A stretch of DNA of 64,000 nucleotides from assembly GCA_024704765.1 (NCBI GenBank), contig JAKMXF010000188.1, positions 491,015 through 555,014 on the forward strand, in the 5' to 3' direction. The first letter of the stretch is position 1. Each line of letters opens with the position of its first letter. Below are positions 50,001 through 59,785 of the stretch, piece by piece. The DNA is from Oopsacas minuta. Lineage: Eukaryota > Animalia > Porifera. The position numbers and the translations under genes are program-made. A model generated the notes under the pieces. It was given only the letters and a program-made list of their open reading frames with translations. It searched no databases and was not told the DNA's origin.

Positions 50001-51063
50001 TGAATTTTTCAATGATAGAATGTTTTCCAAAACTCATTCATTTGGCCCTTTCAAATCAATTGCTTACTCGTCTGATAAAAATGATTATTTTAAGTCAATT
50101 TTATGCTTATCAAGCGAAAAAAATCCTTCTTTTCTTGGCTTACAAACAAATATTGATAGAGAGGTACAAAAGCTTGAATGCCATCATGTTTTATCGCAAT
50201 TAAAGCTTCTTATAATTGCTGATATGAAATTTGATCAGTTTGATCGCGGTAGATGGAAGACTGAATTAAGTGGGATATTTCTCCTTTGGAAAGATCTTAA
50301 TAAAGAATGTAATCTCATCACCCAACAATTATTTGATAATGAATCAAACTCCGAATTCTCTCCCCTTTTAGATTTCTTACACTTCGAATGCAATACTGCA
50401 CTAATGCTAATTCAAACCATTCACTTAACTTTGACCTCGATTAAGAAAGTATTAAGTGGCACATGTCTTATATCACAAAATGTATATAATATTTCTATTT
50501 CTTTAATGAAACATACAGTGCCTTCTTCGTGGAGTGAAAAATGGGATGGACCAAACGATCCTCTCCAGTATTTGAAAATTATCGTGAGGAAAACATTAGC
50601 AATAAATTGTTGGATAAAGAATCTAGAATCTGGTATTTTTTTCGATTCTTTGCTTAATTTATCTGACATACTTTCACCCAGTTCTTTTCTTTACGTCTTC
50701 CGTCAACATACCTCTCGTGTTTCACATCTTTCCATTGATGACCTCACTTTCACTTGTAGGTGGAGTAGTCGTGGGAAATCGGATGTTTCACTTCATATTA
50801 CAGGATTGCACATAGAGGGTTGCATTTTCGACGGTAAACAGATCACTCCAACGAAATTTGATTCGCCCAGCAGTTCAACCATTCCTTCATGTTACTTTGC
50901 TTGGGAACTTTGTCCTCAAATAGAGCAATCAAGTAATCATTGTGTAATTTTACCTCTCTACTCTTCAAAAAGGAGGGAATATGTCATAGCACAAATTTCA
51001 TTACCTTGTAGTGAAACTCCAGATGTTTGGATTCAAGCAGGAGCAGCAATATATATTCAATAA
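38059..51063 (+). CDS. DYNC2H1: Cytoplasmic dynein-2 (IFT dynein) heavy chain, ~4334 aa, one uninterrupted ORF
   Basis: P-loops GPAGTGKTE, GPSGSGKS, GPDGCGK and GKSGVGR; CFDEFNRL, HYDWGLR, stalk IRTLRAPP and C-terminal motifs match dynein-2 rather than dynein-1 or axonemal dyneins. Confidence 0.93.
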   Translation: MADHRKQILLSSIQQYFGDQFGKSHFVDISESSQLNSFLDDANTSLLLIQYCNNTGACTFEAFNYLDTSVIFDRLLVFIKPEPMVLSLENMRSQFLMCSLLDSPIDFLNQIIQKFYLPSFFQPHHGQDSIHPNLLYLLSQIESHLSSSVRHEIHYTGTSVEGNASTLEESKEFLSQIHSPFDEQQHWVNISKETTSHELRDRAHFIQRTLSPVVKEFSSFPYVLLPEILDCLDSIFISFDEIWTNIDIQPPYPEIRMSKLIQVCTSSLLCVFSQRFSILGVWFSETPIIKQSLFIMREICTKWLENCVLYTGHIWRKFLQHPWQGPVLSNDSVDLFVSRIDELTKYRNIYEQTQEMLTIDECEASELFSVFDSFSGLSPLQLNPLTDTLWMNAVYQFNLRMRPSETIVAEKIIQKVRQIQSFPMHVLREFDFYHEILQLPIVKVQLSNERESLLSLLIHYINNLTQLFEGNKLLDSNQHHVYPLYSKNSHCIISSLLFLAQTSSEIQFLLQACPKHLQDLANFHSFMNNLTQLKERVFSLQSEQFESWCRDILNMIDEIQSPFVINFNVNSLVEFDSIDGHLIVFYHDKLIQLLREVRNISALGFVIPSNILRISSVAEKYFQIGIILKQIAQFYNTIHNQIIPSQQPLLISSSVKLDALLRNSNIEGINVRHDKKMQVDWESPVEIYDYVSKLQKFVEAFSLENRRLRCSHFLLIVFVENLYGLNLLEHHSKWKHSLSEIRELIHRVQLENGYDNSHMHAWHFHWDFQLFKVLEYWYTHCLQHLHDLLPDIKIDLVVRNDSLMFRPPLEEVRSRYLREIRHFLCIPRTFRGVTTPEKNPGKLYSQIIEHNSTYFLNIYKLGENLMIRLRRVLSIYEPWVVFASGLFNNVQEEYCRTVHSFENCFKLLKVKGYEASNLPNSIRIECISISAIQAKSSIDAMFHHLFDLSLMSLKDSLKDRYNTVNTFISDAELKLNVKPQNIEEVSFAYGIQKCLIQKRVEMQSVLFDLHERSKLLRLIEGSQNSDYTSIKQNLSLLNSNWDKIEVLIEAQENIINGQIEVMKDRTKMKQHQITMKISKFSEKWSVARSDIAENVLQSSLEIEAEEQFQYLADFNTEFKEISQCVEEIANECEYLSISKPQFPILQELQVDYCNFETVWKLWHEFIIELQTISSELWLNYRSKCIIFGTFLKSWDEKCRKHLPIDKYSILTALISKISSYSKILPVFHILKGDSYTPEHWCEMFCIIGIPKHFTFENIAFREFLTVIPAIIQNEQIIIDLNVKALGEVSIRNAINEVELWSVSVSFSLSPYLRATNEDITILTDLKETVNEVSENLCLLQSIKDSKYFNIFKERSMIWEDKLLNIDLYIQRLIEIQRKWLYLEPIFGNESFPRERDRFRQVDKSFCSILAGINKSPLLFSLLKVQGLLITLDGCLDQLNRCQKAMLEYIEEKRNSFPRFFFIGDEDLLEILGQTNNFQLIQNILPKLFAGINTVSIIGDNPKCIESMNSFCGEVVFLCHNIQISTTLEVWLTQLTNEMNITLSNSLYNCLSSTYTCTNSINDSISSQVLTLSELIHFTDRCEQAIPRGELSKVLTELESQLKYFAENKFNPRENSSFKVLEIKRKSLVMDSIRCIDILKYLQVDPLCSSINDWKWKKQLRYYFFDQTPECNICMVDASFSYSFEYLGDPQRLVHTNLTDKCFLTLTQGIWLGMGGNPYGPAGTGKTESVKALGALLGRQVLVFNCDEAIDVKSMSRIFIGIVKCGAWGCFDEFNRLKETVLSALSLQIHIIQVAIQEKSTSILLLDVQVELNPNSGIFITLNPASKGYCGRQNLPDNLKRLFLPIAMSRPDNDRIAEVLLYSEGFVNSKILATKLVGLFSLAKELLSYQNHYDWGLRSLKTVLEGAGTLLENARIQFSENLHNHTAAMEFQFIIQSVRYNTLSKLTHSDCRRFNALIRDFFPGIDIEDVLHQELTANLEKYILDNGFSPLPNQIQKCIELYQQLQRKMGILLIGPSGSGKSFIWKALKGTLNMKSQNIISYCVNPKAVSHSCLFGSLDNYTREWTDGIIPLYSRKIVKEPIGIHSWLVCDGDIDTVWIESLNSVLDDNRLLTMQSGERIQFGPNVNFIFESHNLNSASPATISRLGMIFLRKEEIDYRAITTSWLELHISRFTKSLQTLILNCIEQYFYSCLDIVIHSGNLVIECSQVGLLYNGLSHVLLVKSKEDFAIAMIRGFGSNLHITARTQFAREVMAMMNFSLPNPGEPCNVYYDLDTFTFRSYQFDISHNPEIVFADVEYSTNPISPLILTSQVQMNIDLFQIWLKSDYNPNFILAGPDGCGKEALLLHCIGTLYSTKLLCIHCNSNTTPNEMKIKLFDMCISYTSNSGRVLRPKDCERLIVLIKSINLPKPDKWGSVQFISFLQQMSTYSGFYDSNFEWITVENIQIIATLCPAERFGRYSVTTRLTSIFRICYISYLDLKNLHSICQNLLVPILKTNIREHSNESSICTRITMSQIGTLTSSMLHLYEKSCKINQSLSIVFTPRHLTEWMYQFQRYLCSSENVPTIDDVLRIWIYEANRVFCDRLSTSDSREEFKRILNEILSNDWNTNLKSLTSSQELYYISPSIIEPFSFLGCTFTRLVRTDENALHDIFSSIVLNYGNEVENLDVYIFHEVLLHFAQIDRVISTLSGSLLLCGKSGVGRHLALKLVAFYHKIEIISPLIGKRFGLKQFTQLLKSVLLKCGVEDKQVIFSIEDYQILDSRFMDIINSLLISSEVPGLFRRDELTSIISSIQEQALEEGYMGNLQSYFYKRIKQNLHIVLIIDISSHRFPSIFDGNPALSSNCSLIIMEDWSPESICLIPKLCFKSMNLDTINSLSISSWCVDIFSSVNTYSPTPRRFLAFLHLFSKLYTKELHSNTHQMTRLLAGLQKINEASQNVEILKLHAAQQEVLLSEKQKEASSALQLVTNSMEQASLQKIEMEALSRNQAEERRLLEVRKHSIELELSEIMPLVQQSKSAISALNPESIREIRTLRAPPEVIRDILEGVLRLMGIYDTSWNSMKAFLSKRGIKEDICQLDVRNISHEIRNGVEEFINSRKKSFEPNIAKRASVAAAPLASWVISTLKYSQVLESIKPLEDKQNKLSKNLLISEKKIEKLSIGLSNIDKEIAQLKTNFEQYTEDAAKLKLDVCATQTILNTSENLVNKLDNEKIRWTIQQDLLQTKNSNLLSRCLLASSYISFLGSTNETERETKSSEWKLAIDYQEDFNITTFLSNENEHLFWRYQGLPTDNLSVCNAIILKNTLFCPYLIDPSHKAFGWLREHLSGERLEIVNFNDDKFTTMLELSVRFGKRIIILDVDDIEPILYPLIRREIYFKGSSSFVYIGEKQVDFNNDFKMYLITRNPNPNINVDIQSCLSIINFSFTIAGLTSQLLTIIILTEKPELEVQKTNILSKEEKLRCEILSLEEILLNDLASSEGNILENSNLLASLNETKEKSTNISTALIDSKVLQDNIDIERDYFLPLARKGSQIYVILENMSQINHMYRYSLESFISLFKLALGSQQDNHNPDAKLFIYSANLQSIVYDSVSLSVFKRDLLTFALHFVHGLHENLFNIGEWEYFCGIFSSYTTNQDISSELNSEYYNQNIPSWCGSDCETAINRLKSTFPSLYSLLDLHNETLWLEFARSTQCEHLIPATVINRLTAFQKLIIIQSLRPDCLKAAIEAFCGKVLGSSNICSPSLNLRKIITESVSSNPILIMVSPGADPSQELQDIASETIGQENYIEIPIGEGQEDYVIQRLKECSVVECWLCLKNLHMVIDFVPNIERCYRHLEKHKNFRLILTSEQHKSFCINLLNISLKISYEIPLGVKNNMIRTYQHWSSEYISQGNNPKRSKLLFALTWFHVVLQERCNFIPQGWSQFYDFSLSDLRAAAKFVDKICISRTPEFCGTQWWEFIHGILENAIFGGRIDNTMDMRIYTSFLNEFFNDRMFSKTHSFGPFKSIAYSSDKNDYFKSILCLSSEKNPSFLGLQTNIDREVQKLECHHVLSQLKLLIIADMKFDQFDRGRWKTELSGIFLLWKDLNKECNLITQQLFDNESNSEFSPLLDFLHFECNTALMLIQTIHLTLTSIKKVLSGTCLISQNVYNISISLMKHTVPSSWSEKWDGPNDPLQYLKIIVRKTLAINCWIKNLESGIFFDSLLNLSDILSPSSFLYVFRQHTSRVSHLSIDDLTFTCRWSSRGKSDVSLHITGLHIEGCIFDGKQITPTKFDSPSSSTIPSCYFAWELCPQIEQSSNHCVILPLYSSKRREYVIAQISLPCSETPDVWIQAGAAIYIQ

Positions 51064-52335
51064 TTTTGCTAGCAGTATTAAATTGAGTCAATGCCCTAAC
51101 TTGAATTGATATATCGAAAGTATTATCATGTATTCCTCACTATTTGACTTATTGAAGGTATTGGATTATACCTTGGGTGTACTATGCGAATGCTGCCGGG
51201 TTTTCTGACCCCATTTTCACTTCACCGGATGTCAACTCTGAGTTGTAGGTTCTTCAGACTCAGATGATAAATATATGATTTTGATTGTTTCAAGTGAAAT
51301 AAATCAATGATTTGAATCAACATACTGTGGAGTATGTGAATTCTCTTTTTGAAACTGGAATGAACAATTTAAGTAAAGAAAATAGAATTATGGGTTACTT
51401 TTATCATATTTAAACAAAATCAAACTCAAATTTAATTCAATTTGATTTGATAACGATTTCTTGCAAATTCAACCTTTTTATCCATCCCTGGTTTATCTTA
51501 GATATTATAGTTCGTAATCCATCTGAGCAAGATGTGTTGGGAACGCCTTGATATTGAATACTATTGGAGAAAATCTGTAAGGATGCAGCATTTACATAAT
51601 AATCGGGACTAAAAAAGTACGTCTTGTTCCTTAATTGAGGTTGTTTTTTTCCATGTCAGGTCTCAAGATTAATCAGGTTATTTACCAGGTCAGGTCAGGT
51701 CAGTTCGAGTGGCTCAAATAATAGGGTCAAGTCACTGATTCTAGAATTCATAAGAAAATTATCTAATTTTGTTTTTGACATATGGAGTGGGTCTTTATAA
51801 TTGTCCAGTTCTCTTATTGTCTAATATGAAAAATTAGGCAATAAGAGAACTGGACAATTATGAAGGAATCTGACGATGATTGTTAATTATCAATGTAATC
51901 AGTAGCTATTAGTTTGAAAGATCTTGTAATTAACATTTCTAATGAGAATGGGAATCTGAAGTGAAATAATCACTGAAATGTGAATTGTGGATATCATTTA
52001 TATTATTGAAATCGAATACATTACTGCTTAATATTTATTGTCACCAAGGGGTAATATTTATGAAAGATTATTTTTTAATATTTTTGAGTTTTCCAAATAT
52101 AATATAAGAGCGCGAAATCGCATATTCCAAAAAACTTGCCTTCACTCCCAACCTTATATAAGATAATATTTGCAACATCGATCAATTCTTAATCATGTCA
52201 AATTTTTCCACAGTGTCAAAAGGATTGAGGTCAGGTCTGGATATTCGCTGGATCCCTGTTCGGGAAAAATTCTACAAATTAATTATTTTGACATCAAATG
52301 GGTAATCAATGCGACAAATGATAATACAACGTTAG

Positions 52336-52348
52336 CAACAACAACAAT

Positions 52349-52412
<64 letters not shown>
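52336..52412. repeat. (AAC)n microsatellite
   Basis: Direct reading; source of the poly-Thr and poly-Leu ORFs. Confidence 0.95.
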
Positions 52413-53897
52413 CTAGCTCAGCGTAATTACGCCTAATAACATAATTCAAATTAATCTTTGTCCGCATAATCGTTTGGAATTGGAATTTCTCACATGATTC
52501 AATAAATGTATGACAACAAAACTTTACATAGCTGTAAAATTTTTTGATATGGCCAAATGTTTCCAAACTTTCACTTGATATACTACTACTTGTATATCCA
52601 ACTCACATTATCACATTTTAAAGTTGTCAAGGGACATATATGTATAAGGATCACGAACAATTTTTCCTTCCTCTATTTGTGCATTTTTCGATATACAGTT
52701 AATTTATTTTGAATATTATAGCTGGACGTTCCAACCATAAGTGTAGGATTAATTATCTATTCATACATAGGCGGAAGTGGCTTAACACAGAATAATATAC
52801 ACAATGGATAAATACAAACACAAATAATATAAGACATATAACCTCGAATATCGAATTCGTTTGGACATGTTGGCAATTCGGATTATCAAGGTTGTGTATT
52901 GCATACATTTTCATATAAACTATCAAATATCAGTGGAGTCCGTCTATTAGCAAATCGTACAGTAAACTCCAGTTACAACCAAGCAGCTATAGCTTGAAAA
53001 TAATATCTTTCACTCCGCTTACAACAAAATGAAACCATGGACGCGGGCACTTCGTTATAACTAGTCTATTGCAGAGGTCCCCAACCTAGGGGTCAAGGAC
53101 AGCTTGGTAGTACACGAACGACTGCAGGGGATTCACGGGTGAGCGAACACCACTGAAATACTGATTAATCATATGAACTACCTGAAATTTTGAAGTGTGA
53201 AGATTCACCATCTGGTATTTCTTTTGAAGCCATTTGATTAAAAAATATTAGCTAACAAAATTTATTAGAATAACCAAATTCAAAATCTCAGAAAAATCAA
53301 GAAATTGGAAAATACTTTCGATGTCATTAGTTAGGCAGAGAGGTGAATTTAATCATATTATATTGAGCTATTCCACACCTAATTTGAGTGTTCATATTTT
53401 TGCTAGATAATAAAACTACAGGGGACTATATTGGACTCAATAAACATATATAGCACTACTATAGTATAGTACAGTTTTTTGTAATACAAAAACCCCATAT
53501 CCTCATTCCAAAAAGGTGACTTTCATTAGGCCTAACAAATAACCTCTCCTCGAACATAGAAAAGCTAATACACAAAAACTGTACTATAGTATATTAAATA
53601 GTTTTCACCCAAAAATTGAATTTGAGCTATTGACATCGGTTGCGGCCTGATAAGAGAGAAAGTTTTCGGAACCCTGGTCTAACGCATACTCATCAGATGG
53701 GCATTGTGCGGAAAAATTCCACCTATATTTGACCCAGCTGATTCGTAGATCATTGGCCTTGACTCGTTTCACCCGTGGATAGGGCAGCAAAAAAAGTCGC
53801 CTTTGTCGCCGCCTCGCTTTTCGTCTTTCTATACCTAAGCGACGTGCGACTTCCTCGCGCTGTGTTTTCTCCCTGGCCACGACTTCGAGCACTTCTC

Positions 53898-56225
53898 GTA
53901 CAACTATAGTATTGTACCGGAAGGTGAGTCCCTTTTAATCGACACTAGGGGTTATTTTGAAGTCATAGAGCTCGTAGAATAATGAACAGAGAACTTTAGA
54001 ACACTAAAATCGGACTAAATTTGACAACTGAATGAAGTCAAATTCTACGCTATATGTTGTTTGTATTTACTTTGCTTACGTATACTACTCACACGTTCAG
54101 CATTTCTATGAGTTTGTATTTTATGTTATTTCCTATGATGTTTACAAATGAGAGGTCATGAAACTAACTAAACCATGTTTATGATTGATGAAGCCACTTT
54201 TAGAATACATATGAAGACTAATATTCTAAATACAACTATCCGTATGATTGTAAAGTAGTGTATGATTACCAAACATTGTAATAGAATGCACCATTTTCAA
54301 TAGTAAAACAAATATGTAGTATTAATGAAAACTACAAAATGCTATTGTCAGTAATATGGTTTTTTCAAATTAAGTTGCCACAAAATTGTGGCATTCCTTC
54401 TAGCAATTGCGTTACGTTGATGGCCGACTGGTATATAATAAGTAATTGTTGTACATATAATATTCTACGCATTGTTATTACAACTAATGTATTTTCAGCC
54501 AATACTTGAGCCCACCGTCTTCAGTGAAATCCCGCAGGATTTGATTATTGATGACATTATCATCCTTGCACAGTCTTGTGATGATGTCATAAACTGGTTA
54601 AGAACGTATGGCTTATTAGCACGTCGAATGCGTTGTCATTGTAGAGTAGAAATGTATGGAACACATCCTTCTCACTTTCAGGATGACTATGAATGGAGTT
54701 GTAGTCCATGTAGACGAAAGTGTTCGATCCGCTATGGGTCCTTCTTCACACCATCCAAAATTCCACTCCCATTGATATTCAAGTTCCTGTACTATTGGAC
54801 ATGCAATCGCATGCATTTTTGAAGAAGCATTTGGGATAGAGTCCGAACACAGTGGTTGATTTGAAGAATTATATGAGGGATATATATGTTTGGAAGAAAT
54901 ATTAATGAACCCTCAACCCATTGGAGGTCCTGATAAAATCGTTGAGATAGACGAATCCAAATTCGCCAAACGAAAATATAATAGAGGCAGACTGTTAACT
55001 GGCCAGTGGGTATTCGGGATGGTTGAGAGGGATACAGATAATATAATTATGGTTACTGTACCTGATCGCTCAACAGCCACTCTTCTGCCAATTATCCAAA
55101 GGTTCATTCATCCACAAACACTAATTTATTCTGATGAATGGGCTTCCTACCAATATATTAAGTCACTCTGGATATACCCATTACACAGTTAACCATTCCG
55201 AGAATTTCTTAGACCCAGTGACTCATGTACACACCCAGAAGATAAAAAGGAGTTGGGAGGTGTAAAAAGAGGCAGTAAGAAGGACAGACAACAAATCCTG
55301 AATTACTTGAGACCCATCTCATAGAGGCTTGTTGGCGGAGGAGACATAAGAAAAATATTTTTGGATTAATTCTAAGAGGAATTAGAGATTTATATCCAGT
55401 AATATAAATCAGTATCTGTAAACTTTATCATAATAAATATTTTCTTAGAATGTTGGTAATATATACATCAATAAAGTCATAGTGTACTAGGTATCACTTA
55501 TAATCCGAATTGTAACCACTACAGTACACCCAGTCACTCAATAATCTGAACACTTTCACAAGGGTTAATTCACTATTTATTAAGTTGTTTTTTATGTAGC
55601 AAAATATGTTGCTAAGAATATAAACCCAATTTATTAGCCTTAAACTAAAACCTAGATAAATGTAGTTGTTGCGTAAATATAGATATCTTACATATCTAAG
55701 GGTTAATTTTGAAAGAGTACGTGCTCAAATATGAATTCACTGCAATATTTAGCTCAAGTTACAAACTAAAATCTCAGCTCCGATTTGATCGCATCTTACC
55801 CTCAACATTATGTTATCTCACCTAAATGTGTCGCATGCAACAAAATTGCATCGTGTATGGTTGGTTTAATCAGATTTACAGGGTTATGTCACGGAAAACT
55901 CATCGGAACCAGTTGTAGCATACATAACTGGTCCGGGTGGACCAGTCGTTGCCCCAGGACCAGTTAAAGCGTGACAGTTATCCCGTGTTCTCATTTTTAG
56001 ACCTTACAATCCCAGAATTTCGCGAGAAAATGTTTGATCACCAGGATATTTGCCTGAAATGTATAATATTTTAGCCTGTTTCACCGGATTATAACTTTGT
56101 TAAATTTAGTCCGATTTAGTGTTCTAAAGTTCTCTGTTCATTATTCCACGAGCTCTATGACTTCAAAATAACCCCTAGTGTCGATTAAAAGGGAATCACC
56201 TTCCTGTACAATACTATAGTTGTAC
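53898..56225 (+). mobile_element. Merlin (IS1595/ISXO2-like) transposon with ~130 bp TIRs and frameshifted transposase
   Basis: 53898-54027 vs 56097-56225 inverted with ~5 differences; IGGPDKIVEIDESKFAKRKYNRGR, WVFGMVER, VPDRSTATLLPII, IYSDEWASY and upstream CxC...CxxC; no TSD seen. Confidence 0.88.
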
Positions 56226-56294
56226 CAAAATAATATTGCAAATCAAATTTTTTTGAAGTAATCCATGGTTAAATACCGTGAATAGGCTTTAGGC

Positions 56295-58675
56295 CAGGGG
56301 TGCCCAACATACGGCCCGCGTAATAATTTTATCCGGCCCGCACAAAATTTGCACTTTGTAATATATACTATTTCTTCATGAACAATTCCTAAGCCACATT
56401 TCGATAGCATTCATACTGGGTGTCGAATTTCAATGTATTTGACATTTTGAGGATTCTTATTCATTTTCAATACACGACAGGTGCATGTGTTTAGTAATAA
56501 TAATCCTTAGCGGTGTATAAATATAAACTAGTATAATTCTAAGCTTATAATTGAAATTCAGATACTGCGTTTACTCATCTCCTAAATTACCTGTAGAATA
56601 TATCTATCATTTATATTAATGGGACCTTGTTCTAAGAAAAGAAAAGTTGGCATCGAGGGTAGAAATTTCAACGACAGCTGGACCAAGAAATACTTTTTAC
56701 CAACTCCAAAACAAACCAACGTGCTTAATGTGCAAGCAGGTCATCGCAGTGATGAAAGAGTACAACATCCAAAGACACTATAGTGCTAAACATCAAGATT
56801 ACAAAGCATGCTCAGGGCAGATACGGAAGGATAGAGTACAATCATTAATAAGGGAACTTTCGGTACAGCAAAATATTTTTACAAATACTAATTCTGAGTC
56901 AGAAAAAGCTGTTCGTGCAAGCTTTGCCATTTCCGAACTTATTGCAAAGAAATATAAGCCATTTACTCATGGTGAATTTATCAAGGAGTGTGTTATTACT
57001 TTAGCGCTAATTATGTGCCCAGAGAAACAGAAGTTATTTGAGAACATTAGCCTTTCAAGAATGACAATTAGCCGTAGGATAGAGAACTTATCAACAGATT
57101 TAAACCTTACTTTAGAAAAACGTGCGAGTGAGTTTGAGTACTATTCTCTTGCCCTTGATGAGAGCACAGATGCCACTGATACTGCCCAACTTGCTGTTTT
57201 TGTAAGAGGAAGCGATTTAAAATTTAACCTTACAAAAAATTGGCGAACTTACATAGCCTTCACGATAAAACAACTGGAGTTGATATTTATATAGCGATGA
57301 TGAATGGAATTGATGCTATCGGACTTAAGTTGAATAATTTATGTGGGGCAACGACAGATGGCGCACCATCAATGATTGGGCGGGAAAAGGGCTTCGTTGC
57401 TCCTCTGGAGAAAGAAAGGATCAATTCAGGAAGTAGTACTATGAAATTAGTCAAAGCGCATTGTATAATTCACCAGGAAAATCTCTGTCCAAAGTCATTA
57501 AGAATGCAGAGTGTAATGGAAATAGTAGTGAAAACTGTCAACTTCATTCGTGCTCGAGGACTCAATCATCGACAATTTCGAAAACTTTTAGACGAAATGG
57601 ATTCTCAATATGGAGACCTTCTTTACTATACGGAAGTACGATGGTTAAGTAAGGGTGCGATGCTTCGACGCTTTTATGAACTCAAAGAAGAAGTATTTCA
57701 TTTTATGGAGGAGAAGGGGAAACCAGTTTTTCATCTCAATGATCCATTATGGTTCTGTGACTTGGCATTTTTGGTCGATATCACTCAATATTTGAATAAC
57801 CTCAACTCAAAATTACAAGGAAAAATCTGCTTATTCACAATTTGTTTGACTTCATTTGCGCTTTTGAAAGAAAGCTCGAGATATGGGAAAAACAATTAAT
57901 AGAAGGAAATCTTTATCACTTTGAAACCTTATCAAAACATTCCCCTCCAGATACAGGTGTATACGCAATCGAAATCAATTCCCTGCGCAAAGAATTCGAG
58001 AATAGATTTAAAGATCTTCGTAGCAATATTGTAAACTTCGCTATATTCTCAAATCCTTTCTCTTTAGAACCTATTGAACTCCCCGAGCATCTCCAGCTAG
58101 AATTGGTTGACATGCAATGTAACCAGGACTTGAAAGCAAAATTCAATGATGTCACACTTATGGACTTTTATCAAAAGTATTTATCATCATCAGATTACCC
58201 CAATCTTATCAAGCATTGTAAGATGATGGCTTGTTTATTTGGAAGCACATACATATGTGAATAACTGTTCTCCCAAATGAAGCTAGTAAAAAGCAAATGC
58301 AGAACTGTTTTAACTGATAGACATCTCGAAGATACATTAAGAATAGCTACTACGGATATGGAACAAAACATCGACCATATAGTCAGACATATGCGTCATC
58401 AATCGTCATCCATGTCAAAGTAGTAAATCATTGTCTGTACTGGTATTAGCGGTGGTAAAATGAGTATTCGGGTTTCTTATTAGTTAGTATTTTTGATCAT
58501 TTTCTGTAGTCTGCCAATATTTCATATGTGTGTTCCCTTTTTGTAGCATTTCCACTTGGATATTCCAACAAATTTTCTCTAAATAAATCTGAAAATTATA
58601 AATTGGTCCATGTGGCCCACCAAACTATTGAGGAAGCCAATGTGGCCCGCAATTAAATCGAGTTGGGCACCCCTG
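56295..58675 (+). mobile_element. Full-length SPIN/Buster-type hAT (GTF2IRD2/EPM2AIP1-like transposase), 2381 bp, frameshifted
   Basis: Perfect 14 bp TIR CAGGGGTGCCCAAC; perfect TSD CTTTAGGC; CLMCKQ...NIQRHY, SLALDESTD, TTDGAPSMIG, HCIIHQE, EVRWLS, FGSTYICE spread over three frames. Confidence 0.95.
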
Positions 58676-58786
58676 CTTTAGGCTATGGTATGGATCCTAT
58701 CATATTTATATGTAGTCATACACAATTAATATTCCTTGAAAATGCTCTACTATATTTATCAGGAATTAATTAGAATTAATTAATTG

Positions 58787-59785
58787 ATGGATATATTAAT
58801 ACTCATTGTTTTATTTTCTCTTCTCATCTTCTTCACTTACCAAGCCAACAGAAATCTAAGCAGTATACGTACTGGCTATTTACTGCTTGACCTACCTGTA
58901 ATATCTGTCGTGTTATCAATAACATTATTGTATGAAGTGATAGTCAGTCTACTCCCTATATGGGCTCGTAGTAAGCAGAAACTTAACGGGAAAATTGCAC
59001 TGGTTACAGGAGCAGGTAGCGGGATAGGTAAAGCTACAAGTATACAACTATCAAAAGAAGGATGTATACTGATACTTTGGGATATTAACAAGTCTGGAAA
59101 TGAAGAGACACAGAGAATGATTGAGTGCAATGGCGGTAAAGCCTTTGCCTACACTGTTGATGTAAGTGACCGTAAAGCACTAGAACAGACAGCCGAAACT
59201 GTAATACAAGAACATACACGTGTGGATATACTTGTTTGTAACGCTGGTATTGTTAATATAAGTAGACTACACAAGTTAGGGAATGACAGAATTGATAAGT
59301 TAGTTACGGTTAATTTTATCTCGATTGTGTGGTTGACGAAATTCTTCCTGAAGAGAATGGTAGAGCATGACTACGGACATATAATATGTACTTCTTCTAT
59401 GTCAGCACTTAGAGGGACATCACACACGTGTGATTATGCTACTAGTAAAGCTGCGCTATCTAACTATTTCATTTCACTGACTGGAGACCTGGATATAATT
59501 AACTGTAAGACTGTTAATGTATCTGTGGTGTATCCTATAGCTGTTCGTACCCCTTTAGTACAAAAGGTAATTGATGCTATCCCTGAATTGTATTGTCTCA
59601 ACGTAGGATACGTCGCTAGGCAGATTGTGGATGGAATTCTTCTGAAGAAAGAATTCATATTAATTCCTCAATGGCAAAAGATAGTTAACTTACTTAACTT
59701 TTTAATGCCAGTTACTTTTCTCAATTATATCATCAAGGAATTGGATATTGAAAGAGTTGCTGCTGAGTTTGATAAATGTTACTAA
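58787..59785 (+). CDS. Short-chain dehydrogenase/reductase, SDR16C-like (RDH10/HSD17B11 type), with N-terminal hydrophobic segments
   Basis: ALVTGAGSGIG, LWDIN, VDVSD, CNAG, SSMS, catalytic YATSK; single ORF. Confidence 0.9.
   Translation: MDILILIVLFSLLIFFTYQANRNLSSIRTGYLLLDLPVISVVLSITLLYEVIVSLLPIWARSKQKLNGKIALVTGAGSGIGKATSIQLSKEGCILILWDINKSGNEETQRMIECNGGKAFAYTVDVSDRKALEQTAETVIQEHTRVDILVCNAGIVNISRLHKLGNDRIDKLVTVNFISIVWLTKFFLKRMVEHDYGHIICTSSMSALRGTSHTCDYATSKAALSNYFISLTGDLDIINCKTVNVSVVYPIAVRTPLVQKVIDAIPELYCLNVGYVARQIVDGILLKKEFILIPQWQKIVNLLNFLMPVTFLNYIIKELDIERVAAEFDKCY

Noticed and set aside
38978-50669. Short alternative-frame and antisense ORFs within the dynein, ROCO and vasa genes
   Set aside because: Expected by chance over long coding regions; no motifs
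53605-53892. 95 aa Arg/Glu-rich ORF next to the Merlin TIR
   Set aside because: No recognisable domain, non-ATG start, and not enough evidence to call it a gene
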